This document shows positions 37,541 through 49,026 of a DNA stretch of 64,000 nt, piece after piece. This DNA comes from Ginglymostoma cirratum. Lineage: Eukaryota. The stretch is taken from NCBI GenBank assembly GCA_024137785.1, contig JAHRHZ010000023.1:42799939-42863938 (forward strand), written 5' to 3'. The first letter of the stretch is position 1, and each line of letters begins with the position of its first letter. A program made the translations under genes and the position numbers. The notes under the pieces are model-generated. The model had not been told where the DNA came from, did no database searches, and saw only the letters and a program-made list of their open reading frames with translations.

Positions 37541-39667
37541 TATAATTAATCATATCTTTTCCAGTTTGATGACTCGCATAGGGTTAAACCTAGCGTTAAA
37601 CCGTAGCTTGAACTATCATGTGCAGCCATTCTGACTCATTTCTCTGACCTCGAACACCACTACCCCCCACCCACTCCATCCTCCCAATGTTTTTTTCTCT
37701 TTCAGGCAAAGGATCAGTCAGTGCTGAGTTGAAGACGGTGATCGAAGACGGGACACACTGTCGGTGTCCGGATAAAGCACAGACAAATCAGACGCACGCC
37801 GCACCGTCGAAGCAAGCAAGAGGAAAGCTCCGTGTGTGTGTATGGCTGTGTGTGTGTGTTGGGGGGGGGGGGGTGGAAGGTCGCCCCGTTTACGAACCAC
37901 CCCCCGCTCTCGTTAACGTGCCCTGAACAGTTACAAATTGCGACCGTATTAAAGGGTGCCCTGGTCTGGGAGAAAGCAGAGAGTGTGTGAGCAGCAGCCG
38001 CCCCGGGCTCTCTTCAATCAGTCCCTCTGACAGACCGTAAGCTGCTAGTTGTATTCAAGCATGGAGTCGCGGCTTTGGTCGAACATTTTATCCCGAAACG
38101 CCGGCATCACAGACCAGATACACTCTCCTGCTCCCCTACACCAGTCAAACATACAACATGCTCTCTATAATGTCCCAGACGGAGGGTTTAAACACGGGAT
38201 GATCAGATTATAGTCTCCCGGTGCTCAGGAGGAGAAATGGAACTGGTCAAGGGGGCACGGGTTAATGTTTTTTATTTAAACAGGACTGGAGCCGAATGCT
38301 GAACACGAAAGCCAAAATAGTCCCGAAGCAACGGGCTTTGAAACCAACTCCCTTTCCTAGTCAAGGCTGTGTTGGTTCAGATAAAAGGCCACTGTGAATG
38401 TTTGACTGAAGACTATGTGTTGTAAATACTAGGGTGTTCAAGGCCACTAGCGAGGGAGAGGGGGTAGGAAAATGTGAGCGATATAGCACCAAGATTTCCA
38501 GGGGCGACCTACTCCATCCCCGAGTTAGCCTCTCCTGAACGTTAAAATGTCCCTTTCAAAGCAGAAAATGACTTGACAGCCTCTTCCAAACCCATTGCAG
38601 CCGAATGTAAGCTTCAATCTTCTCAACGCCCTAGAAACACAGTCAAAGGGCCCACGAAAGTGATTCACATGAAACTCTCACATGAAACTCTCACATTTGC
38701 CGCAATCTCGTAAGTGGGGTTGGACCCTTTCTGTTTCGTTGTATACAGCAGGTCTCGTTAATAAGTCTTAGTCCACTGATTCAGTTATTTCACGTATCAC
38801 CCCCACGTATATTTGGAGCGAATCAATCACTGTTTGTGAGCTGGGAGTTAGCGCTACAAGTCTGTCCTCCCTTAGCTGGTGCTGTTGACAAGAAATACGA
38901 GCGAGTTCTTTTTTTTTTCTAATTTCAACGCCCAACCACCTTCACAAGGCAAATCTGCCGAAGTCTTTAATTGTAACTTAAAACCGCTGCCCATAATTTA
39001 ATATTTAAAAAGCCATTAAGGTAATGCGAAGGAGCATATGGATAACGAAAGGTGTTCACAGTAACCAGCAAAGCTTGAAAATTAAACTGTATGAGTTTCT
39101 TTTAAAAACACAGTATGCTTCGGCCTCCCTTGGAATCCTACAAGGCAAGTAATATTCAAAGTGTACGCTTAATGTTAACACATTAACTAGTAGTCGTTAC
39201 CTTCCAGTAAGCTTGAGTGAATAACTAACCTGTTTTAACATTTTGAGTTAATCTAAGCAGTGAAGGTTCAGAAAGGTTTTAGCTCTGGCTATGAACAACA
39301 CAGGGTTTGAAATCTCAACTCTTACTGTACCTCTCACACACATCAGCCAACCTCAGCTTGGCTCAAACTAAACAGCCGAAAAATAACCGCCGGCCCCCCC
39401 CCCACCCCCACCACCACAACCCCGATCAACAGCAGACTCCAACGCGAGGCGTTCAGCTGCTTTTTTTATACGGCCACCTTTCGAATGAGCAGCACTTTGG
39501 GGAAAGTTGTTAATCAGGGAACCTGCGAATGCAAAAGCTTTGAGCTTGGCTTGTGGGGTTTGAAGCGAAAACCCCAGCACCCAGGCAGAGACACCGCAGA
39601 AGGCAAATACATACAACTGGGTCACAGCAAAACGCAGTGAAGCGAGGGCCGCTAGCTAAAACCCGAT

Positions 39668-39672
<5 letters not shown>

Positions 39673-39698
<26 letters not shown>
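39673..39698. repeat. (TG)n microsatellite
   Basis: Pure TG run. Confidence 0.9.
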
Positions 39699-39699
<1 letters not shown>

Positions 39700-40370
39700 T
39701 TTTAACCGAACACCACAAAAGGAGCTGTAAACGTCTGACAATCTGGTCGAACAGATCGGGCCACAAACACAGCGGCAGGGCTGCAACTTTGAACACAGCT
39801 CAGGAGCGCCGACGATTACTTGAAAAAGTGCTCGAGCATGTGAGTCCGAAAATGGGATGGTGTCAGATCAGCAAAATGGGCAGAAGTGAAGCTGGGCCTT
39901 ATCCTAAAATACATTAGCAAGCATTCACTTTCAAGGCGTTTATGTCTCTGATGCTGTGAAGCTCGATTTGCCGACCAGGCATGTTGCTGTATATAGTATA
40001 GAGGTACCACCAGGCAATGCGGGTGGACGCTGGGGTTATCTTTTCTTCACGGATGCTCCTACAAAGGTGAATCTGCACAATTGTAATTAACACTAACAAG
40101 CGTGAATATCAGACAATTTACATTCCTGGGACGTTGGGGGTGGGGGCGGGGGGTGGGGGGGAGGACTGACAGTGAGGCCCAGTGTCTTTAGGAAGGATTT
40201 ACAATTCATTTCACCACAGCTGGAGTGCACCCTTATCTCAACCACCCCTCCCCCAAACTGAACCTCCACAACCAACAGCTTCTACTCGGCTTTGCAATGT
40301 CAGGGATTTCTGTTCGTACACTGTGCACGGTTTCACTGACATTTGCAGTCTCTCCAATGCTGTTACAAAT

Positions 40371-40467
40371 TTCTGAAGACGGGTCTAGACCCGAAACGTC
40401 AGCCTTCCTGCTCCTCTGATGCTGCTTGGCCTGCTGTGTTCATCCAGCTCTACACCTTGTTATCTCC
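40371..40467 (+). mobile_element. Penelope pLTR fragment with hammerhead core
   Basis: CTGAAGA-c-gggtctagaccc-GAAA-CGTC followed by the same tail as the other copies. Confidence 0.8.
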
Positions 40468-41719
40468 ATTTCCTCAAACCCATGGCGCCCACTCTCAACA
40501 CCCTAACCCTGCCATGCACCAATACCAGACAAAACTCAGGGCGAACATCGCTGCCTGCAGTGTTGAGAATGCTGCTTGCATTTATTAGCCGTGAATGCGA
40601 GTAGATTTACATACGAAAGGAACAGCGTTGTAAGGGACAATTCACACAAGGAGAAAACCGACGGGATATTTACTTGAATTTACTAACGACATTGCGTTCA
40701 AGTTCCTCCCTCCCGTAACTGCTGCATCTGACTGAAACTGTCTCTGTCAGCGGCAATACATTTTTTTACAAGCTATTTTCCCATTTCTTGTTGTTGGTTT
40801 TCTCTCTGCGCTTTCAAAATGCATTTTTCGACGTATTTTTGTGCGTGTGATCGAAAGAGGAACCAGCGGGATCACACGCACTGCGGGTAATGAGAGCGAA
40901 CTGGTCTCCACGTCAGGAATAAAAGGCTCAGTGCCACTTCCTAGCCAGTAGCACTTTAAATATAGGTACAAGGGAACACCCCATTTCTTGCCTGTTACAT
41001 GTTCAGAGGTTGGGTCCTTTAAAATAAAATCCTGCAGAGACAACAGTCCCCAAAAAGCTGTTCATAAACACGCACCCTGTGTGCCTGTGCGGCTGCTGCA
41101 GAACGGAACTTAAACTTCACCGCACACCGCTCCTTTGACCTGAAGCTTACCACTAACTTCAGACACAATGTTACCTGAAAACCTCTCGGCTCATAATAAA
41201 GGAAACAGAACAGCGAGGGAGCGGGGTGTTCCGCTTTGTATAGCTTGTACATAACCACCAGAAACTCCGAGCCATGTTGGGGGGGGAAAGGGTAAAAAAT
41301 TCAACTCGGGATGTTCTTAACATTTGAGACAGGGAGAATCAGAAACAGCGGATTAAACTCAACAAGACTTGGATAATGGATCTTTAACCGACCCTGAGTT
41401 TCATTGTTAAAGATTATTTGGTTTCAGCGTTAACACAGTGTACATACCAACTGGGCTCATTGTATATAAAAGCATTGTAGTTTGCTGAACTTTTAAGCAA
41501 ACTTTTAGAACCCATACAATCCTCTACTCTTACCAGTTCTTCCCCTTCCCCCAATTAGATAGGCTACATTGCACTTCGCAAACTCTCGTGGTTTTGAAAA
41601 ATCATTGGTTTACAAACAGGTTTCCAACGACAAATCGATTTTAAGAGATAGAGAAAAAAAAAAGGACAAATGAAAGTCTAGCAGTATGATGAAGAGAGAA
41701 TTGGTAAAGGCTGTCTTAC

Positions 41720-41921
41720 CCGAATGGCCGTGCACTGAGACCGGGGACGAGAGGTACTTGGCCGGCGGCAGGTGAGTGCCAAGTGCCGAGCTCATGTGGC
41801 CGGCGGACGGGCCGATTCTGCCGGCCTGAGCGCCCACCCTGTGCGCCTCCATACCCAGGCCGGTAAGCAAGGGCGACGGGACGTGGACTGTACGGTGGTG
41901 GCCAAAGTCTCTGCCATCCAT
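41720..41921 (-). CDS. TNRC18: TNRC18 first coding exon, CDS part (whole exon 41720-42049 including 5'UTR)
   Basis: Translates MDGRDFGHHRTVHVPSPLLTGLGMEAHRVGAQAGRIGPSAGHMSSALGTHLPPAKYLSSPVSVHGHS(G). This matches the recalled TNRC18 N-terminus (MDGRDFGPQRSVHGPPPPLLSGLAMDSHRVG). ATG in strong context (ATT-ATG-G). Donor TCGG|gtaaga at 41720/41719 (phase 1). Acceptor ctctttttgtacag| at 42050/42049. Confidence 0.95.
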
Positions 41922-41983
41922 AATCGGAATCCTCCCCAAACTTGGTTTCGGAACTAAACGTCCCCCTCCTCCAACGTTAAAAT

Positions 41984-42049
41984 TCAGGCTACAGCGCCAG
42001 GCTCTCCAAGCGTGTGGTCAGGATTCATCCGAGACATTGTGAACAGCAT
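41984..42049 (-). other. Upstream ORF in TNRC18 5'UTR: MLFTMSRMNPDHTLGEPGAVA*
   Basis: ATG at exon base +1 with two more in-frame ATGs. TGA at 41986-41984, 62 nt before the main ATG. Translation itself is not demonstrated. Confidence 0.6.
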
Positions 42050-43659
42050 CTGTACAAAAAGAGAGCCGAAATATTACTCAAAAAAAAACTAACTCTTCAC
42101 CGCGAATGGCCACTCAACTCTGATTCATAAGGAAACATCGCTGTTATTAGTTTAAGGACAGAAACTAGCTCAAAACATTGCCCCTTTGTCGATCTTCTCT
42201 CAAGAAGAAACTGCAATTTAAATTCAGCCTCACGTTGCTAAAACGCGGTCTGTCGAAAAGCCTCCTCTTTGTATAAACATCTATTTTATTCTCGAAACGA
42301 AACCCTGCCTCACCTCTCACTGTATAACCCCAACATGAATCGCATTTAAAATGCTTCTGTGCGAAATTGTATCGTGTTCGCTACTCCCCTCAGAACGCAC
42401 CCTCAGTCTCCAGCATTAAAAAAAGAGAAAACAGATTTTTTTGCTGCGACTAATCCTCCCGCCTTTACTTTAACTTTATAGCCCCCGAATAAATGCTCCG
42501 ACTGTCGGTACATCTGTCTGCTATTGATGGTCGTGTAGAAAAAAATCCAAGAGTAAACACAAGCCCCTCTCCACATAAAAACCAGAAGTAATCACATTCA
42601 GCAGCTAAAGGTAATCATTCAAAATGATAATCTTCCACGTGTTTTTGAAACATTTTAAACCAATTTAGGCTTCACATGTTGACTTTTAAAAAAATGTCAC
42701 TAATAGGTAACTGCAGAGACAGCGTAATTCTTCGAGAGATTATGTATCTGCTCAGTGCAGTTGTTTGTAAGACAGCTCATTTCAAAAATAAAATTTATCC
42801 CCTCGTCATTTAGCTCAACAACTCCAATTCCCACGTCTCGTCCCCGATTGACTGTGTTCCCTTCTGAAAGCGCATTGCTGCGTTTCCAATGTGAGTTTCT
42901 AAAAATCCCAAGTTCATTTACAAATGACTGATGTCGCCCGATATACGGTGCAGAAACACGCAGATGTCGAAGGCAGTAAAATGCCTGCAACTCGTCGGTT
43001 AGCCGAGAAAGTTATTCTTCTCCCTACCCCGCAAAAAAAACTAGAAGCAGACACATTAACCAAAACCATGTTTGGATCGGAGTAGTTTCTTTTTTTCCTA
43101 AAAAAAAGTACGGAGAAGTATCCGCCAACTGAATCCTATAGGAAGCTGGCTTTAGTTTCCTAGCTTTAGTCTGTACTTCATGGCATGGTTTAAATCCTGA
43201 TTTTAATTAAAAACAGTCAGTTGATCAAAGCTTAACATCAACTGCAACCACCAGCCAACTCCCCCTCTCCTCTTTTGACAAAATGGAACTTATTTTACTT
43301 TCAGATAACTCCGAACCTTGCTACGCTTCTACGTTTGACTACTTTTCACTTGCCTTCAGCGAAAAAGTCGGACTTATTTCTACGAGAATGGCACATTTGC
43401 TCCGATGGTCTCACTCGGCGTTACTTAAGCGGGAAAGGAAAATAGCACGAGTTTAACGCCAGACATCAAACAAACAATCCGACCTCTGTTCCAGGAACGT
43501 CTAGGGTCCAAGTGAATCTGAGTTCCTAATCAAAACTTGTGCGATTGCCTGGAATAATGGTTTGCGCGCCTTCCCATTACTTCACATCTTTACAAACACG
43601 CTTGACTGTGCAATAGTTTAGAGAAAGGAGGGGAAGCAGAGACGTAAAACTTTACTCAC

Positions 43660-43850
43660 GTCTTTGGACGATGCAGACTGCTAAGCAGAAGTCCCCCACC
43701 CCACCCCCAGATTTGTTTTAAGTCCAAGTTTTAGGTGAAAGGAGATTGTGGGATCGCCATGCAGAAAACAAAATACACAACATACAAAAAAAACCCTCTT
43801 TCAATTCCTGCCAGTCTCCCAAACTCTCTTTTTGCAATGAAATCCACATT
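43660..43850 (-). other. TNRC18: Probable non-coding first exon of TNRC18 (5' end approximate)
   Basis: Consensus minus-strand donor AAAGAC|gtgagt at 43660/43659, about 1.6 kb upstream of the 42049 acceptor and immediately downstream of a CCAAT-box cluster. The TSS position is inferred, not seen. Confidence 0.6.
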
Positions 43851-43859
43851 GTTTGTCCT

Positions 43860-44010
43860 GCGCCTGCCCCCTTGTCAATCACTCCGTGTCAATACGCCTG
43901 CCATTGGCTGGAACGCCTGTCCATCATCTCTTGTAAACACGCCTCTGATTGGCCCGGAACCAGCTCCCCCTCTCGCGACGTCCCTGAAAAACCAATTAGA
44001 GAGTGCGGGA
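43860..44010. promoter_or_regulatory. Proximal (probably bidirectional) promoter with an NF-Y/CCAAT cluster
   Basis: ATTGG at 43903-43907 and 43948-43952, CCAAT at 43992-43996. TGATTGACAA on the minus strand (43872-43881, PBX/PKNOX-like). TCTCGCGA at 43971-43978. High CpG content. Confidence 0.65.
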
Positions 44011-47000
44011 GGTTTCAAGGCGATCCTTTGTCCGCCAGTGAACGATTACAATAGGGTTCCAAGTGGCACCGTTTCCAGGCTCCCCCCTCACTCCTCTGGT
44101 GAATGATCAAAATAGTAATCAGAAGCTGGCGAGAGGTTTCAAGCTCCCCCCATCCACAATGCCTGGGCCGTGTGTTTTGTCCCATGCTCATCGCCAGCCC
44201 CCCCCCCCACCCCCCCACCACCCACCACCCCCGGGTTCAAGTTGCCCCCCTTCCACAACACAAAGGGAGGGGGACAAAAATAGTAATGAGCTCCCCCAGC
44301 GCCAGGGGAACCGCCGTCTGAATGTATGTATGTGTGTGTGTGTGTGTGTGGAAAGAACTCATCTGAATATCTCCCAGGCACGATCGCGCCTCGCCAGAGA
44401 GAGAAAAGTAACTTCTGGACGGATGGTCAACATTGTGTTTGTCTCAAATAGGCGACAGGACTGAGAAAGAAAGCGAGAGAGGGGGAACAGCATAGAGAGA
44501 CAGAGAGAGAGAGAGATTGGGGGACTGGGGAGGGATGATTAAAGCGGGGTGACTGGCGTAAGCAGAAGATTGTGAATGATCAATGCAACAGGAATGAGTG
44601 ACAATTTCCTTCCAAATTATCCCCCCTTCGCCCTTCCCCTCCTAATGGGGAGAAAAAAAGTTTTTTTTAAAAATACTAGGAAACCGCGTGTAATTAAATG
44701 CAGTTCGTGTGCGTGTGTGTGTGCGCCAAGGATACTAAAACCAATTGGTTACGTTTAGCACGCCGTGTGATTTCTCTCTCTCACTACCCCCCACCGTCTT
44801 TTTCCTGTTTTTTTCCACAGTCTGTGTGACTCATTGTTTTAAACACTCGGATGCAACAGAAGCTGTAATCTGATTAGGTATGTACAATCATAAATCGCCT
44901 GGTTAGTAACGTGCACGTGTCTTTGGGGACAGCGGTTGCTTTCAGTCGACAAGAGGTTCGGTTGGGAATGTGTTATTTGAAAACTTCAGTGTGTCCTGTG
45001 TGCAGCTAGCAAGTAGTGCAAGAGCCGTCTGATTGAATGCAGTGAGATTATTTGGTCAGTCAGCTGGGAGCCATGTTGAGGAATGAAGGGCAAGCTGCAA
45101 GGTTACCTCACTATATTTATTGTCCTATATGTTTATCAGGCAGCCATTTAGTTTGGAGTTCGCCCTTGAATTGAAGGCTTTTTTTTTAAAAATGCGATTT
45201 GCAAAACGCCGTGCCGAGTAGCATTTACCAGCTAGCTACAGTTCGCTACCAAATGCATTCCCTGGCTGATATTAACAACACGTGGCAGGGAGCTGGCGTT
45301 TGCAATCGACTCACATCTTTGTTTTGGGGGGGGGGTGTGTGGAAAAATCCCAGCTCGTAGACTTTATCCCCCACCTCCTAGTTTACACAATACATTCCTT
45401 TTCCCTACGTGTCGCATACCACAAATAGCTTTCGCTTTTCTATATAGACTGTTTTTGTGTGTGCGTGTGTGTACCCCCCAAAGAAAAACACGCCCTGCTT
45501 GCAGATTCAAATCGTTGCTTGGCAATGATTCCGCATAACATAAGGTTGAGAGGATAGAAAGTGCTGGAAAACAGACTGCGCCCAAAGTCAAAATTTAGTG
45601 ATTTAGTTGGGGGCGGAGGTATTGGAAGAACACTTTTTAAAGGGGATTAGTGCTGTTTGAGGGGATTGTGTATTTTTTTTTCAGATTGCAACGCGGCTGT
45701 TTGAAGCGTTAGATTAAAAAAAATGGAGGTTTCCCAGGAGGCGAGTGAAGGGTCAGCAGTTACAAGAGGAGCTCTCTTCTTCCCTCCCCCATCCCAAAGG
45801 CCTCCCTCCCTGTGCGGTTCCCAAGCTAGCTTCCCGTTCGTAAAGGGTTTTGCTCAGGTCTGATTCCCACTATGAAAAGCTGAAGTTTTGATTATTCTTG
45901 TGGAAGGCGCGGGGGGAGGGGGGGGGTGGAACGGAGTGGATTGTAAACTGGACACTTTACTCCGTCGTTCGAAGTCTATTTATTTGTCATTGCCAGGCGT
46001 TGGTCGCAAGTTGGCTAACTATCACCGTGAGATTTTCACGGACAAAGTAGGTATTAAAGTCAGCAATGTAACTGGCGTCCCTTTGAGTATGCCACTGTAA
46101 GACAGTGTCATAGTTCCCCAAAGACCGGGTGTAGATCATTAATGACTGGATTGATACTCTCCCTCCCCCCCCCCCCCAACCCCTCTCCACTTCACATGAA
46201 AACGGCAAGGCTGACGATGCAAAACCGGCATTGCAGTTTTAAAACCGGAGTTGAAACGGTCACAAAGTAGGCAACATCTTTATTTGGACGAAATGCATTA
46301 AAATCATGGCGCGACGTAACACTACTGCTTCCCTCCCCACCCCTGGAAAAATAACAAGTGATTTTCAAACTTTACTACAGTCCTTGACATGAGTCAGGGC
46401 AAGTGTGCAGATGAAGTAATATGGACTTGCAATCTAATGTGAAGGTCATATGGGCGTTTGATTTGGGAAAAAATAAACCTCGGGCAAACATAACCAGTAA
46501 CTCTTAGGATATTATCCACAAAGAGATGAACTGAAGCCCACATATATTGTCCAAAGACATTGGCTGCATGGTGAAATAGGAGAAGCCTGTTATAAAGGAC
46601 TATGGAAAACATTTCATTGGGAGTCAGCTCGTTATATGCAGTGTCCTATGTTTTATTTGGTGTGGAGGGGGGTGGCGTTGATAGGTTAAACATCTTGTAT
46701 TTTTGCAGCGGTTTTGCCGGGGGTCCTGCGTTGTATTTTTCTTCCACCAAAGAAATTTGCTTTATTCAAAAAAGATTGTCCCATGAAACCTCCCTCTTGT
46801 TTCGGTTCCTTTTGCTGCTCAAGACGTCAATAATTTGCAGAAAATGCGGTGGTTCTGAAGGACAAGTTCACAACTGCAATGCCGTGTTTTTTTTAATTTC
46901 GGGAGGAAGGTGTAAGAGATTTAAATCGGTGCTGTTGAAAATCGCACTGAGTGAAGACACACGCCCCTCCCCCACTCTCAATTGATTCAATCGAGTACCT

Positions 47001-48799
47001 AGAATCTGAATTGGAGACGCTCATTTAATAGCGCCTAAAAAGTAAACCGTGTCACCCGGGGAGAACGACTAGGGGGGTTTGACACGGTGAGTGCAATCTG
47101 TGCCTGCAACACTCTCGGTATTTAAACCTGAAAATGGATGTGGTTAGACTTTCAAAGATCAAAGAGTATTTCAAAGAAGCTCACCGTCCTTGGTGTTCAA
47201 CAAAAGGTCCCCCATGTGTCAATCAGCATAGCGTTTGCTAATGTCTCTGATTGTAATCTACAGGGACTATGGAGTTGGCCAGGTCTGCAAAAGGAGTTAG
47301 AATAAGGATCTGCAGTAGGCACACACTGCCAGTGAGCTACTTAGTACTGGAGTCTGCATTTCTGCTTGCAAAAGGCAGCCGTTTATTTCAGAATTTTTTT
47401 TTAAATTATGAAACGGGTAGATCAGAAGCAAAATCCACGTGAACTTTGCACTGAGATGCACTGCAATTGTGTGGGTGTGAGAGAGAGCGGGGGAAGTGGG
47501 GGGGAGAATCTTTGTGAATATACATTCAGGAACCTTGGAATGCAGTTGATAATGACTGCTCTGCACCGTGTATATTGGCTGAGGTAAAAGTAATGTTTTC
47601 TCTTTGTGTGCGCTCCGCTCATTGATTTCCATCAGTTAATTTTCCCGGATATTTGCAATGCAAACAGTTCATCACGAAGCCCGTGATCGGAGCTGCGCCT
47701 GTGACAATAAATCTCACTGGGCTGACCACAGTAAATTATACCAGGGCGTTGCTGTTTCTTTTTAAGCCACCTATTTATCACCGACTGGGACCTATACAAT
47801 CGATCTGAATTAACACACTGACCGCCTCCTTGCGTCTTTCAGCATTTTGGGGAGAGGGACGCGGGCAGCTAAATTTAAAAAAAACCACGAATTATAAATA
47901 GAACGTGCGTGTTTGGTTGCTAAGATAAATCTAACCCGACGCGATTTAATGTCGTTCCCCATTCATCATCAAACTCCGCATATCCTTGCAATGTGGCAGC
48001 CCAGGATTTGCAGAACAGCCTTGTTTTGCACTTTTGACAAACTTGTCGCCCAGCTGAAGGGGGGCGGGATGGGATGGGGGTGTAGGCTTGCAAATATACT
48101 TGTGCACAGCGATCCTCAGAAATCTCCTATCTCCAGCCTGCAGAGCAACCGGAGAGAACTGGTTTTGGTATCTGCAGATATGGATGCCATTGTGTACTGT
48201 ATGTCCTTTCACATTTAACTATCGGGGGGTGGGGAACGGAGGGATTGACAAAACGAGGCGTGTTTTCAGCTGTCCTGCTTTTTTTTGAAGGCAATAAAAC
48301 GAAACTCGGAGATAATGAAATGATCCAACGGTCAACAAATCAGCCTTTGACACAATTCTCTCGGTTTAGGCGTTTTGCTGTAACCTCGGAAAAGGTGGCC
48401 AGGCTAGGCATACAGACTAAGCAAACTTTTCCTCAACTGTCGCTGGTCCCAGCTCTGGGCTACATACCAGATGCTTACGGCTACACCTTTAAACCGCTTC
48501 TGTGTCTGTTTACAGAAATGTGCGCTAACGTTGCCCACTGAGTCTTCCAGGACGCCGCTCTGTTGAACTGTACAAAAAAACACGTGGCTCTGCCCCCCTA
48601 CCGTGTTCTATCTGTTTCCCCGGGCGAGAGAATGGGCCGGAAGACAGGGTCTACCCTGATCACAGTAAAAGTGGTAAACTTTCCCCTTTTGCAGATTTGG
48701 CCTGGTTCCAAAAGCACACCGCCTGTTCTCTCGAAAGACGCTTCGAACATACCTGCGCACCTTTTCTGCAATAAAGCTATAGAGAAATCACTCGAATCA

Positions 48800-49026
48800 A
48801 ACCAAAATACCGCGGATTGCTGAAAATCTGAAACAAACAGAAAAAAGGCTGGAGAAACTCAGCAGCATCTGGGGAGAGAGAAAACGGTTCATGTTTCGAG
48901 TCTTGACATAACTATTCTTCAGAATCAGAACCGAAGAAATCGAACCGGACTCCAAACGTTAACTCTGTTTTTCTCTGTCTCCACAGACGCTGCCAGACCT
49001 GCTGAGTTTCTCCAATGTTCTTTGTG
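48800..49026. mobile_element. Fold-back short element, second Penelope-pLTR-like family (decayed)
   Basis: Inverted arms ggagaaactcagcag / ctgctgagtttctcc. The centre has degenerate ctgaaga...ctcgaaac and ccgaaga...ctccaaacgtt in head-to-head arrangement. Confidence 0.65.

Noticed and set aside
38665-38696. 13-bp tandem duplication (also 16-bp near 28716-28746 and an 18-bp direct repeat at 35798/35827)
   Set aside because: Ordinary local slippage duplications. No spacer structure, so not CRISPR-like.
41610-41921. Calling the gene BAHCC1
   Set aside because: Both paralogs start MDGRDF, but the downstream motifs (KWKPFE, SAMQSLIKYSGSF, RHPPVGIAVAVARQKD, EQEKLLR) are those of TNRC18.
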